Source of the DNA: Callorhinchus milii
Taxonomy: Eukaryota
Direction of reading: 5' to 3'
NCBI RefSeq assembly: GCF_018977255.1
Contig: NW_024704742.1
Location: 91,080,001-91,144,000 of the forward strand
Length of the DNA stretch: 64,000 nucleotides
This document shows positions 1-12,906 of this stretch, piece after piece (position 1 is the stretch's first letter; each line of letters starts with the position of its first letter). The notes beneath the pieces were generated by a model. The model was not told the DNA's origin. It saw nothing but the letters and a program-made list of their open reading frames with translations, and did not search any database. Both the position numbers and the translations under genes were made by a program.

Positions 1-639
1 CATCAATGGACAATGATGGAGAGGGCAGGGAAGATGCAAGCAAAGCACCCGGCATGCCTCTTATTGGAACTGAAAATATTAAAATCGGGACTGTCCCTGT
101 GGTCCAGGGCTGCTTTTTTTGACAAGTGAATTCACCAAGAATCTAGTTACTAGTTATGTCTTTCTTCTTATCAATTTGCTGCGATCAGATATTGAATATT
201 GGTCAGTTAATTTATCTTTAAGCTATACCGATCTTAAAACATCTAATCTTACAGCTAAATAATGTGTCCATGCAAACTAAAACAATTTTTTCTCAAGTAT
301 TTATTAATCCAGTTCCCTTTAAACAGGGTTCCTGTGAAGAAATAATAGAGGGAAGAGGGAGGAAGGGACTGGAAGTAAACATGAATGCACTCTAGTATTT
401 ACAGTGACAAGGTGCTCGATTTCTCTTCAGAGATTTGAACTCCAACCTTTGTTAATTGAACCTACAAACCTTTGACTTTTGAACTAAGTGAGAGTGGGGA
501 CCGACCTTCCCTTTCCTCAGGCTGTAAATGGGAGTGTGTCAGTGAGTGGCAGCAGTGAGTCACTAGCAGGAAGAATTTCAATTAACAAATAAAATGAGAG
601 AAAACCTGTGATGCAACCTGATAGCATATTATGTTTCTG

Positions 640-875
640 CCCATTTCAGGTGGATGTTAAATATCCCACAACACTATTGAAAAGAATAGTGTTCTTTTCT
701 CGGGGTCCTGACCACATTTTTCATTTTGTGGCTGTTTGTGGGACTTTGCTGTGCACAAAATAGCTGCCTCACAGTCCTACAAAACCAGAACACTGCACCT
801 GATGTGTAGTATAGCAGTGAGTGTATTTGTGCGTTTTTATGTAATAGGCTCTATAAACGTACAAATTCTTTCTTC
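640..875 (+). mobile_element. Deu-domain SINE, 3' part (degenerate)
   Basis: tcaggtggatgttaaatatcccacaacactattgaaaag...gtggctgtttgtgggactttgctgtgcac matches the fuller copies at 41500-41915 and 19290-19730. Confidence 0.7.
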
Positions 876-996
876 TTCATCTTGATAATGATTTGCACTC
901 ACCAGATACAGACTACTGCCATAAGGAAAATATTCTTAGAAGGGAATTATTGATGGTGGGGGTGAAGTGGAGAGGAAGAAAGAGAGAGAGAGAGAT

Positions 997-1025
997 GGGG
1001 GGGGGGGGGGGGGGGGGGGGTGGGG
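997..1025. repeat. G24 homopolymer (997-1020) followed by TGGGG, preceded by a short (AG)n
   Basis: Read directly from the sequence. Confidence 0.95.
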
Positions 1026-1089
1026 TTCTCAAGAAAGATGTGATGAAATTTGGCAGATCTTCTCACCTATCTCCCAAACAATGTGGTCC

Positions 1090-1740
1090 AGATTCCCAAA
1101 CGCGGGATGGCCTGAATGCTTGAGTGAAAGGGTAGCACATGGCATGTCTGCTCTGCATCAACCATCTCAAGCACTGTCAACCAAGTGTAGGGATCTGGGA
1201 GAGCAGGATGTCCTTACGCCCTCCAGCACAAAGTAGAACTGGAAAAAATGATTTCATACATGGCATCACAGACCACCTGCATTCATGGCTTGATGCCACT
1301 TTCTGAAAGACTGCTTCATTATGGACAGGTGGTCTGAGAGGCATGTGTGTGCAATCAGCTAGACCCAGGGCATTTGTAAAGCCTGCTATTAGGTATAAAG
1401 TCATGTTAGACCTGCTGTTGATGCAGTACTGACCCAGGAAACCAGCTATCAGGCTAGCCTCATCTGACAGGAACATCTGTCATCTGAGACGCTACATAAT
1501 ATAGGATGCTTGGATGATGATACGTCCCCTGTTGGCACCTGAATGAAACCTAAAGCAAAGCAGCTCAACGTTGGTGTGACCTTAACACGGGCAGTCAGAG
1601 CACGACATCTGGAAGTGTTGTACTTGAGATCACTCTTGAGCATATGACAGGTCTAGGGCGACATGGTTAGTGAGCCAAGCCTCCCAACGCCTTCAGGACC
1701 TGCTCCAAGGGTCTTATCCAGGGCAGAACGCCCACTGAAC
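1090..1740 (-). pseudogene. Decayed PIF/Harbinger DNA-transposon transposase (HARBI1-like DDE nuclease)
   Basis: Minus-strand translation across frameshifts gives, in order, MLKSDL...ALTARVKVT..LSCFALGFIQ..TGD, then IAGFTNALGLADCTHMPLRPPVHNEAVF, then RKWHQAMN-QVVCDA, then GGRKDIL. This follows the Harbinger motif order VKVT..LxxFAxGxFQ..GD / GFPxxxGxIDCTH / NRKGxHSxNxQxVCD / PGSxHD. Confidence 0.8.
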
Positions 1741-1929
1741 AGGGGAAGGTGAGGCATGTATTCAGAAAAAAAATGGGTCTTTTTCAAAACTTTTTTTTTC
1801 AATTTTGAAACAAACTACAAATGGTATATAGCACAATAAGTAATTTCACTGGAATGAAAGCCTTTGTAATATTCAGTATAAACCATAATAAAGTATTGCC
1901 TTGTTTTATCATAAAATGTATTGAGTTAG

Positions 1930-2240
1930 CACCCTTGATGGTCTGGTCCTCCCGACATGAAAGGTGCTATACATTTGTTGTAGTTGTATAAAGGCATTTC
2001 TATATAAATCAAAGGCTGCAGGTTATGGGCCTCTGCTTCACCATCGGGAGTTGCACTTTTAGTCACCGTGCCCCAAAACTTTGGAACTCTCCCCCTCAAT
2101 CCCACCGCCTTGCCCCTTCCTTCCCCTCTTTAGGTTACAACTGAAGACCTTCCCCTTCGACTATGCATAAAGTCACCCCCTCCACTCCTTCCACACTCCC
2201 CATCCCACCACCCCCGGTGTGAAGTGTTGTGTTGTTACTA
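1930..2240 (+). mobile_element. Two L2 LINE 3'-end fragments
   Basis: Contains the tail motif cctcccgacatgaaaggtgctata and the segment ttggaactctccccctcaatccc, both shared with the L2 copy at 14359-14786. Confidence 0.7.
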
Positions 2241-2590
2241 TTTGAATCCCAGCCTGTGCTGAGAAAGCTTTTGTCAGCTGAAGCAGAAGTTGGGGTGTTA
2301 AAATTATCTTCGACACCCTGAGTTAGGAAAGAAAATGAGATAGTATTTTCATTCCCGATAGCTACCCAGAGACCTCTGCTGGAAGGTACAAGTATGTAGA
2401 CCTTGTGTGAGGGATAGAAACGGACCCGACGGTGATGCCTCCCCAGTTGAGTAACCTGCTAACATTCACTTTGAACCTCATATGTGAATGAAAGCCACTT
2501 GACCAAACCATAGAGGTACACCCACTCTGCTGGAACCAAACTCCAACAGAATGAACAGGGAGTCAAAAGCTTTCAGAAGAGGAGGAGGCA
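2240..2590 (+). mobile_element. Old SINE (family C), degenerate copy
   Basis: Colinear with 32975-33330 (ctgctggaag..tatgt, aacattcact, gccacttg). Confidence 0.55.
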
Positions 2591-3439
2591 AACAATAACA
2601 AGCAAATTAACAGAAGGGTAAAAATTGTTTTTTTTTGGTAAAAGCAAATGAGCACATACCATTGTAATAGTGGTTTCCACATGTGGCATCAACAACAACA
2701 AATTACATTTGTATAGCGCCTTTCACGTCGGAAGGACAACCTGAAGCGCATCACAGTTGAGACTGTTTCTATTCCTTACACAAGATCTACATACTTGCAC
2801 CTTAAATCAGTTGCAGGAACTGGTTCACTTTGCCCACCACACTGGCCATTTTTGGTTAGACTAACCACATGGTGAGCAACCCAGTGCAGTGTGGAGAGCA
2901 CTAGCAGGCAACCCTGGAGCAAAACACATTAAGACAATACAAATTCATAATCTGCTGCGAGCGTGCAATCTGCCAGAGACTCTGAATCCAGGTCATCCAG
3001 GCTTAGTGTGTTTGGCTGGTGGAAAAGGTTTAGGATGTGATTGAGAGGGGACCAATCAATGTCCTAGTTCAGGGAACCTCTTTTACAGGTAACCCCAGTT
3101 AAGTGCTGCCTTTTATCAAGATTAGTGACCGTCATTGACTGCATCAGTTTTACAAACCCAAAAGTAGCACTTTCCAATTCAGGGTATATCAGATATGTAC
3201 TGCTCTAATTTCAATACTTCATCTTCAAAAGATATGAAGTGTGTATTTATTTCCCTCAGTTGACACCTATCCATATAACATCAATCCCATCACCAAACTG
3301 TCAGTTGTCCGTCTATTTTTTGACACCATTGACCAACTCACTTTCAGTAGCTTTTGCTGTTTGATGTGCATTGTCCTGAAATCTTCTGGGGCTCAAGTAA
3401 GGTCTCAAGTAAGGGGCTTAAAGGTTTCATATTAATCGT

Positions 3440-3605
3440 GCCCTGACTATATCCTGGCCGACAATCCCCCAATAAAATTGAACATTGATTTAATGGCTGT
3501 TTGTGGGACATTGCTATGCACTAAATGGCTGCCAATCCTACGAAGCGATTTGAGACTTGTGCATGACATGAAAAGTGCCATACTGAAGTAAAGATTATTA
3601 TTAAA
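3440..3605 (+). mobile_element. Deu-type SINE 3' fragment
   Basis: tcctggccgacaatccccc...gctgtttgtgggacattgct, ending in gattattatt. Confidence 0.7.
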
Positions 3606-4191
3606 ATGACTTCAAGCTGTTAAGCTGACATTATTGATAGAGAGAATACAGCTCTAAGGAAGCCAGAGCAGAGTCACTACAATTGTGATGATGGACTGAA
3701 ATCCTTCTCTTTTACACAACTGAGCTCCAACAATAAATGCCAGAAGATGCTTAAACACACACAAAGAATTCTGATTCTTTCTTTTCAAGGTGATTCATCT
3801 CACTCTAGCAAATAGAACACATTTTCACTTCAGCTCAAGTGTCATTATCGAGGTCTCTACAATCTAGAGACTGGGGTAAGAGAGGAGAAAAATAAAACAT
3901 ATATTTCTCAAAGCAGGCTGGAATCAAGCCCAGATCCCAAGTACAGTCCCCTCCCATTCCACTGGATAGTGTATCACAGTCTAAAATGTTTCAGAGTTAG
4001 AAAAATACCTAAATATGCAATTGAAATAAACAAAGTAAAATACACTTAAATGTGATGACAGATGTATTGCTATCAATAATAATATCTGTACATTCTGAAT
4101 CCGATCTTCCATCTGGGGAAAAAATTTAGAAGTTGAATGAGCAGCATCCACCGCTTTCCCTTTGCTTTTTTGAGCAAAATTTACAATATAT

Positions 4192-4636
4192 AATAATAAT
4201 CCATGCATTTGATATAGCGGCATATCACTATACAGTCAATTCACTTTACAGTATATTCTGTGAAGCGCTTTGAAATGTCACTATATCAAATGCAAGGATT
4301 AGTATTATTATCACATTGTTGAGACATCGCAAAACACTTCACTTCACAGAATATATTGTAAAGTGAATTGATTATGTATTTTGTGGGCAAAACGTGGCAG
4401 CGTACAACAGTGTCCCACAAATAGGTCATAGAGTGAATGACCAATTTTTTTTGAGAGATCAATATCCCCAGAAAGCGATATGCCAATCGACTAACAACTG
4501 GGTTCCTACTTACTGCTAGGTAACGAGAGGTTAAGGAATTAATGAGTTAAAGAAACTTGCCTAAGGTTTCACCCCACCCGGGAATCAAACCTGGGTCCTC
4601 TTGATTGCGAGGCAAACACTCTAACCACTATGCTCC
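4192..4636 (-). mobile_element. tRNA-derived SINE (family A), interrupted by an opposite-strand tail fragment at about 4229-4308
   Basis: tRNA-like head with A/B boxes at about 4565-4636 on the minus strand; (AAT)n tail at 4192. Confidence 0.8.
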
Positions 4637-5904
4637 AAGTTTGTGGTGCTGCATCTAATGTTTCACTTCTGCCCTGCAACATAGGTTTCTGCTTTGTTTC
4701 AACAACAGTTCTCTCCTGCTCTATATCTTTGTGTACCTTTGCAAAGTTTGTCCCACATGAAACACATAAAACTCTCAATAAAAAAAATCAGATGCTTGAA
4801 GTGATCGAAACCAGATCTCACCTGTTTTTACCACACAGCAAAATATTAGAACAGCTGGCAAATCAACAAGCCAAGCCAGTGAGTAAAGCACAATCCAGTA
4901 AAAGATTGATAACCTTTACACAATTCTTTCGAAATCTCTTCGAATCTATTTCAGGAAATCACAAGAATAAAAAACAACGCAACGTTTAAGTTGATTTTTT
5001 TCAGGGAGTCAACTGGCAGTCTGTTTTTAGTTCAGGTTTTTGAGAGCTAACAGAGGCAGATTTTCTGTTTGCCAATTCTGAAGGGCGCAGTTTTGTCCCT
5101 TATCCATAACACTGCACTTGGGGCCACCACCATATCCCACTGGTTCGCTAATTGTTGAAACTGGTGCGTGGAGTGCATCAGATCTCCAGACAAACCTGCC
5201 ATCAACACACTGCCAGCAAAAAAGTGACCTCATCACCTCAGAGATGCCTGGAACAGGCACTTGAAGACCGTGCCTCTCACTGTTACACCCAACACATCAG
5301 ATAGTATCAGTAACAGTGTGAAACCTCGTCACACTTCACTTCTGAGTGAGATGGCTTGGCAAGTTCGCCTTTTCCCCCTCCCCCATTAACTCTTGCTTAG
5401 GTTTTGGAGTGAGAGGACACATGCAGGTGAGATCCAGAATTTGGCCATTCGTCCCAGTCACTTCCTGATTCTTCAGAAGGACAGAATAAGGCAGTAGATC
5501 AAAAGTCTATAGAACAATGGACAGTAGATCAAAGGCCCAGGCAGTCAGTATAAGTGGGGTTCTACTGAGCCTTAGATCATTCTGCAATAAATAATAATAA
5601 TCCTTACATTTGGTATAGTGCTTTTCACATTGAGGGGAAGTCCCATAGAAGACTCTATGTATTCATGGGTGAATACAATCTAATACGAAGCCATGGCAGG
5701 TCTCACCTTCTGGTGAAAGCCAGCCTACTCCTTACTGACCAGACCACAGACCTTCAGAACCCTGTGGTGATCTAATGATCCTTTTTCAGGTACACTGAAA
5801 TGAGTGAGTTTCCTTTTCGGATCCCATTGGTGTCACCTTTCTTCTGAATAGACCTAGTTGTACATGGAGTAACACATGGGATGGGTTTAAAACAGAACCT
5901 TATT

Positions 5905-6375
5905 GATGCAACCAAAATGGTTGAGGGGATGGAGGGACTGGGCTATGAGGAGCGTCTAGATAAACTGGGCATGTTCACACTGGAGAAGAGAAGGTTGAGG
6001 GGCGATATGATTATGATCTTTAAGTTTCTGAAGGGAATAGTTTCTGATAAGCTGTTTTATTTGGTACTGAACAGTAGAACCAGAGGACAGAGGACATGGC
6101 CTGTGTTTGAAGGGGGTAAGTTCAGAACAAATCTACGGAAACACTACTTCAGCTCGCGAGTAGTAAACTTATGGAACAGGCCCTAGGAAGATGGTGAAAG
6201 CAGAAAATGTTGTTTGTTTCAAGAATGAATTAGATAAATTTCTACTAGAAAATAATATCTTGGGATACAGTATATAGTTTTAGGACACGACATATCAAGC
6301 AACGACCAGGTGGAAGGCGATCTAGATGGACCTTGGTCTTCTTTTGCCTAGCAAATTCTTGTGTTATTATGTTCC
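5905..6375 (+). mobile_element. CR1 LINE 3' fragment (ORF2 C-terminus plus 3' UTR)
   Basis: ATKMVEGMEGLGYEERLDKLGMFTLEKRRLRGDMI...FSSRVVNLWN is the typical CR1 ORF2 C-terminus. Confidence 0.93.
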
Positions 6376-7079
6376 TTTCCAGTCTCAGTAAGGCAGCTCC
6401 AAGGTAACTTGAAGACTTAGCAGATCTTTAAGATCTTCACCATTCCCCACCCTTGTGTCTAGAGGAGCTTTAGGAACTCACCCAAACAATGGTCTACCAT
6501 TTGTCAAATGTTGCAGACATTTACCTAGTTCCTCCCAGCAGACTGGGTCATTACAGACTCCTATCTGCTGATCACACCCAATTGCCTTTGCCAGCCTCTA
6601 TGCTCCGCTTGTTTTTTGTTGAATACTTTAAAAATGAACAGATATCATCGAACGAAAAGGAGACATCGTCCCCATTGTTTAGGCTGAGGGGTGAATGATT
6701 AATATCACTATTTTAGAGGTAATATTTGTATTCTTGTTTCATTGATCTCAGATGCAAGGATTATTGTGCATATTTGAGGCTATTCATCAAAATCTAATCA
6801 GTTTCACCTTAAATTATTAAGGGTATGTTGGTATGAATATGCGCTATTAAGTTCTGATTGTACAATAATAAGTTCTTGTTTTCACATCAGACCTATTAAT
6901 CACCTTCCTTTCAATCAGTCTGACATGAGTTTCTGACAAATTGATCAGCAAAACACTTCCCAGATCCAAATCCCACCTACCATTGGAGGGGATATCAGAC
7001 AGGTGCCCCAAATTTTAAATGAGATTAAAAAGTAAATCCAGAAAAATACTTCAGGGTTCACAAAGGGTGTAGAAAAAGA

Positions 7080-7300
7080 GGAATTAGGGTAAGAGCTACA
7101 AGGGCAATTTCATGCCAGGGAACAGAACGTTTCTTTACCCAGAGGTTAATTAACCACTGGAACAGGTTGTCAGGAAGGGTGATTGAGGTCAGAGGACTGG
7201 AATTATTTAAAAAGCAGCTTGATGCTGTGATGGGAGGACAGTAGGGTGGGTATTCTGGAACAATGGGATGAAGGACCTTCTTCATCCAAAACAATCTTGT
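7080..7300 (+). mobile_element. CR1 LINE 3' fragment
   Basis: Translates to FFTQRLINHWNRL...LELFKKQLD, followed by a CR1-like 3' UTR. Confidence 0.75.
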
Positions 7301-8589
7301 GAAATGAGGACATGGGAATGGAGTTATGGCTGCCTGATATTCTTACACCTTAAACATATTTTTTTTTCGTTTAAAAAAAGTTTCAAAACAGCTGGACTTA
7401 TTGTCTTATCTCTGCCAATTTCTTCTTCAAAGACTTTTGATTCCTTTTCCCTTTTATTGGGTTGTGCTGCCTCTGGTACCTGACCTAAGTTGTCATATTC
7501 ATGTGTGAGCCTTGACAATGAGCATTGGCAGGCTACAAAGGGGCAACACAGCCAAGCCTGAGCCTGCTGCCACCTCATGTCCATATACATGTTGGCTTTT
7601 AAGCTGGTTACTTGTACAGCAATCTGCAAGGCCAAATATTTCATAGTCTTAGCCTATAAGACTACTTTGACTTCAGTTTCAGAAAATACTTAACTTCAGT
7701 TGTGGAAAATATTTAACTTCAGTCTTCATTTTGAGGCACTTTTTATTTTAATTACAGCAGAAAACCAGCTTCCAGGTAGTAATAATAATAATAATAATAG
7801 TGATAATCCTTGCATTTTAAGACTGAATTTAAGGAATTTTCACAATTCTGTGAAATCTTAAATACTGGTCTTCAAGGTTGAGATTAATTGGAATTTCTAG
7901 CCTCTGTGGTGGGAAACCTGCCTGAATTTCCTCTCTCTAATCTCAAGTGATGTTTTGGTTAAGATGAGTTCACTCAAGATTCTAACTTGCAATGCCCCAG
8001 CGAGTTCCTGGCTGGAGTTTAAATGCTGTTAATGCATAAATCTACAGGCATACAATTACCCTTTTCCTAGTAATGTCGCAAAGAACATTAATTACAGGTA
8101 ATACCAGATTGGCAGCATTAAGCTGCTGCGGGTCTTGCATTGGTGCATGACAATAGACTTCACTATTTCAGTGCAAGAACACAGTGTGACTGGGGTGCAT
8201 TACATTACGCTATGAATTCTGTAGAAAACCTGGGAATTAGTTTGAGAATTACAACCTCTATATTAGGAGTTTGCAGATGTGTTCATAAAGTATCTGATTT
8301 TCTCAATTGCTGTTGCTGCTACAGCTTGGATTCTAGTGGAAATTCAATCTTAGCCATGTGCAGTCAGGAACACACATACACACATGAGTGTGTATATGTA
8401 CATGCACATATACACAGTCTAACTCAATCTGATAGCTCAGTGCCAATTCTTCAAACTCCCACCTCATCCCACACTCCATTCCAATGCTGCAGCTTTTGTA
8501 AATATGGGGACAATATGAGGAGTTTGATCTTGTGCTGACTGGGTGGTCACATACTTGGACTCAGTCGGGTTGGGGGTTGGTGTTGTCAC

Positions 8590-8730
8590 TGGATGACAAT
8601 CAGGAGCAGGATCCAAGAGCACTTCCTCCCCACTCTCAACCCAGAGTAATGAGGCCAATCCCAGGATCTCAGTGCTGCTGAGATCAGCTAACACTTAATG
8701 GATCAAGCCCTGGACTTGCCAGGCTGAGCT
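8590..8730 (-). mobile_element. Old SINE (family C), 5' fragment
   Basis: The reverse complement gttagctgatctcagc...attggcctca matches 33025-33080. Confidence 0.6.
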
Positions 8731-10439
8731 TCATACAAAACAATAGTTTGTCATCTGACCCACCTCGAGAGCTGAGTGTAAGTTTCTAATGTTAGTGAAA
8801 GAGATTGCATTCCTCAATTAAAAATTTATCAGTATTCAGAACCTGGTTTACACACCAGTTTACTTGTACTTTGTTCATAAAGGGAGCAAAGTGGAGTTGA
8901 CAGAATAACTCCAAGAGTCAACAATAACACAACAGCCAAGTGGATTTGATTCATTACTTGCAGTATAGCTGAGCCATAAGTAAGATATATCACTGAAATA
9001 AAATATTCTTTGTTAGCTAGAATGTGGTAAATTCGGAAGACAACTTTGTCTGCACAAGTTACTTCCCGTGAACGTGGAAGAAAGTACAGTGAGAGTGAGA
9101 GTTTTATTGAAACTAGTTTGACATGCCTGTCTTAAGCATTTCTCAGATGTTGATTTGGGAGGCTCCTGCTAATCAGTCTTCACCAGGTTCTTTTTACACC
9201 ATAAAGGAATTGGTGTGATAACCAGCCAGGGGTCTGACAGACTGTTGTGCGGTTGACACTTTTGCTCTTTCCTTTCTCTTCCAATCTCAATATTTGACTG
9301 TGTTAAAGTGGCGATGGCTTAGCTGCAGCTATTTCACACAATTACCCAGTGCCTGTTAAATGGCCACTTGTATTTTACAGAACTGTAGCATAGCTGCTGA
9401 ACCTTATTGTGCGGGTGATAGTTATTAGCACGGTCTGAATTAAATGCAAACAAAAGATGTACTTTGAATACACCGCAGGTGAGATTCCCTTTGCTTGAAT
9501 CACACCTCCTGTCAGACAGTTACAGAGTGGTATCGAGAGAGGTCACACAAACATCCCTGACTCAGATAATCCCCTAGCATCCCTTGGTTGAAGGGGCATC
9601 TGTGGGCATGAGTGGCATCTGCTGTATAAATATATATTAACCCTTAGGGTGCTGATAGCTCTACGGAGACTCAGGTGCCAGCTGCCCATTTACAGCTCCT
9701 GTTTTAAACGTACTTTCGCCCACAAAATACACTTTATAGTATATCCTGTGAAAGCCGTGACAGACATTTCAAAACTGTGATAAGATTCTGTATTAAATGC
9801 AAGGATTATTATTATACTAATATTACCCTCATACTCAAATATCAGGATGGATTTATTACTTAAATAATATCATTAGCACAAAGTCGTGAACACAATTTAA
9901 AATAACAATAAAATATGTTGTTAAGAAACATTACCTGTGCTCATCCTGTCGCCAATTTCCCAGCTATGTCCTCTCCCTAGTCTTTCTGTCCTTTTTAAAC
10001 TGGTAACTTTAACTTTACCTGTGTGATCTCCTGGATACCTGTACCATTTTTTTTAATACCTGTTCATAACTTTAAAACCTGTCACTTACTATTCTTCTTG
10101 CTTCCAGTTCCCGCCATCCATTTCCTAACTTTCATTTTAACGCCTTCTTCATCCACTGAAAATGGGCTTTATGGGCTGGTTTCCGCAGCTAATGGAAACC
10201 AATAAGCTGGAAGACTGACAGGTATCATCGATGTGGCAATAATATCAACGGCTGATGCAATTTTCACATCTAAACCAGAAAAAAATAAAAAATCACTAAA
10301 GAGACAACCTCCACATGCAAAACAATGGAAGCTTGTGTGGAGTATACACCACCAGCACAGATTAGTTAGGCAAAATAGTCTAGGTCCATGCTGTAATGTT
10401 CTATATAATTTATGTGATCATACAATAAAATGTACTTCA

Positions 10440-10740
10440 CAAACCTTTTCGTTACCAGCCCTGTGACCTCCACCTCCAGGAGAATGAAAACATCCATATC
10501 ATGGGAACATCATCACATCCAGGTTCTCCTCCTAATCACTCACCATCCTGACTTGAGACATAAATCACTGTTCCTTTATTGTGGCTGGTCAAACTCCTGT
10601 GACACCCTATCAACACCATTGCCACCAAGACCACTTCAGTAACAAGAGAAGCCCCAACCTTCCTTCTCCAGGGCAACCAGGGATGGGCAAGAAATACTGG
10701 TTCTACCAGCATTGAACACCTCCCGAGACTAACATTAATT
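10440..10740 (+). mobile_element. Non-LTR retrotransposon (CR1 superfamily) 3' fragment, degenerate
   Basis: ggaacatcatcac...accatcctgacttg...gggcaaccagggatgggcaagaaat resembles a common shark LINE 3' end (recalled, not searched). Confidence 0.55.
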
Positions 10741-10766
10741 AAAATTGATACACAACGCAATATCAA

Positions 10767-10970
10767 TACAGTTTACATTTGTACAGCGCCTTTCACATTA
10801 GGAGAATGTCTCAAAGCTCTTCACACTGCTGGCTGGGCATTCGAACTGGGGATGGGAGCCAAAGAGGATGGGTTGGGGAAAGATCACCGTAAGCGTGGTT
10901 AAAGAGGTACATCTCGAGAAAGGCTCTAAATATGGAGAGAGAGGAGGTGAGTCGGAGGGACTTCAGGATT
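10767..10970 (-). mobile_element. L2 LINE 3' fragment
   Basis: ttacatttgtacagcgcctttcac is the reverse complement of the L2 tail. Confidence 0.7.
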
Positions 10971-12834
10971 CAGGATAGGGCAGGGAACATATCACAAGGG
11001 AGATTTGGTTGAAGAAGGCCCTTCAGGCCATTTAATCTCATCCTTCCAAAATATCCACTGTACCACCCTCCTATCACAGCATCAAACCGACTTTCTGGGC
11101 TCTGCCACATTTTGGATGAAATTAATGTTATCTCCTGCCTCTCACAGACCAAATGAGGCTTCCCAAGCTCTTCCACACTGGCAGTACCCTTTTAAAATCT
11201 GGCTGTTCTGGATATTAACCTTGCACAAATTCAATACAACAACACAAATTGCATTTATATAGCATCTTTCATAAAAGGGGGATGTCCCAAGGTACTGGAC
11301 AGAGAAGGGTATCCTAAATCTGGCCTTAGTAGAAAAGAAATAAGGTAAAGTCCAAATGCCTCATATCGACATTCACTTGAGCAGCATCTGAAAGTGAAAG
11401 ACAGGTAACTGCAATGTTGCAGGGATGTTTATATTCTGTTGAAGGGATCCTGCCCGAAATATTATCTTGTTGTAGTCCTCTTTGCAATGTTGTACTCTGC
11501 ACAATGTTAAATGTTCTGAGACGCTACCCCTCGGGTTACAACCAACGTTTGCGAAGCAGGTTGACTTTTATGTTCCCAAGTAAATTATCATTTGATTCCC
11601 ATTTCACTACAGGACATGAGAAAATCAGGGCAACCCCAGGCTGAGGTATTCAACTCTACTAAGTGTAAAACTTAGAAAAAGCTATGGATCAATGTATGTT
11701 GTTATGGTGTGGGTTTAGACAGTTCATGAGTACCACTTTCGTTTTGCTAATATTCTCATAACGTATTGATATATTTTTAACCTTGCTCAGACATGAACCA
11801 TGAGCCACAGAGGGTTAATGCTTCTGTTAGATGTTGCTGGAGAAACATAGCGCAAACATTTGTCGCTGAATTCTGTAGTCCTGAGGTAGTCACAGCAAAG
11901 TGAAGCCATATCGATTCTCATATCTGTTTCAGAGCAAGGAAGAGGGCCTGAACCTGATACCCTCTTAATATGGTTGATGAGTCAAAATAAAGTGGGATAT
12001 TCTGAAAAATCAAGCAAAAAACCCAGCGATACATGAAACGATTGGACTGCTGACATCTCATGCTTCACAAGAGATGCATTAAAGTTACACAGAGAAAATA
12101 TTGTGGAAAGGAAAGATGTTCCTATCAGTTCCATGCCACGACCATCATACCTCACATTAAATCCAATTAAAATAAGTTTAAAAACTGATTGAAATATTTG
12201 TCATTTGGACAAATTTTCTTTGGCGATTTTATTTCTGAGAAGACGACAATGATCTAAAAATTGCCATCATCTAAAAAATGTTTTTTTATTCTTATATTGT
12301 TTCTCTGCAACACTATTTGGAGGGGTTGCACTTGGCGGATGTCGGGAATCCAGAAACAAACAGACAAAGTATCAAGCCGGCAGCCAGAACTACTTGTGTT
12401 CTTCAATGTTCATCACAAGATCCGTCAGCCACATCAGGGCACACTTGGGAGTGATTCACATTCAGCACGTTCAGGAGTGGTGCAGAGATAGCAGATGTCA
12501 TCCAACCTCCCTTTGTTTAAAAGCCATACAATCTTTTTGATGCATTAAAAAACGGGCCCTCTCCTTTTATTGCCAATTTCCTGTTGATAAAAGTAGTATT
12601 TGCAACATTACTGGCACTCTTTATATTCCAATAAGGTTTTACAACCCGTACATTGCTAACAGATTTACAGAGACGACTCCCATTGTTATGTGTAGCGAAA
12701 TTGATAATAAAACTCTTTGTAACTCTATGCAACTATGCAAGGGTAAGTCTGATTTGCGATTTTTAGCAAATGAAACTTTAGGGCAGTTTGTAAAAAGTTC
12801 GAAATGGAAAGCAGTGAGTAACATTTTATAACAG

Positions 12835-12906
12835 TGCAGTATGTGATGTGATCTTTATCATCTGTGATCATGATCAACCATGATAATGATCACATCACAT
12901 ATTGCA
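12835..12906. repeat. 72-bp hairpin with 27-bp arms (25/27 match)
   Basis: Arms tgcagtatgtgatgtgatctttatcat and atgataatgatcacatcacatattgca; the loop contains the palindrome tgatcatgatca. Confidence 0.9.

Noticed and set aside
1650..1740. DIRS tyrosine-recombinase-like PW..L..VL.AL motif
   Set aside because: The downstream motifs fit Harbinger transposase, not a recombinase.
7660..7725. Short local tandem duplications (also about 3390, 51280 and 53790) and small hairpins (about 15672 and 52667)
   Set aside because: Ordinary slippage products or chance-level inverted repeats.
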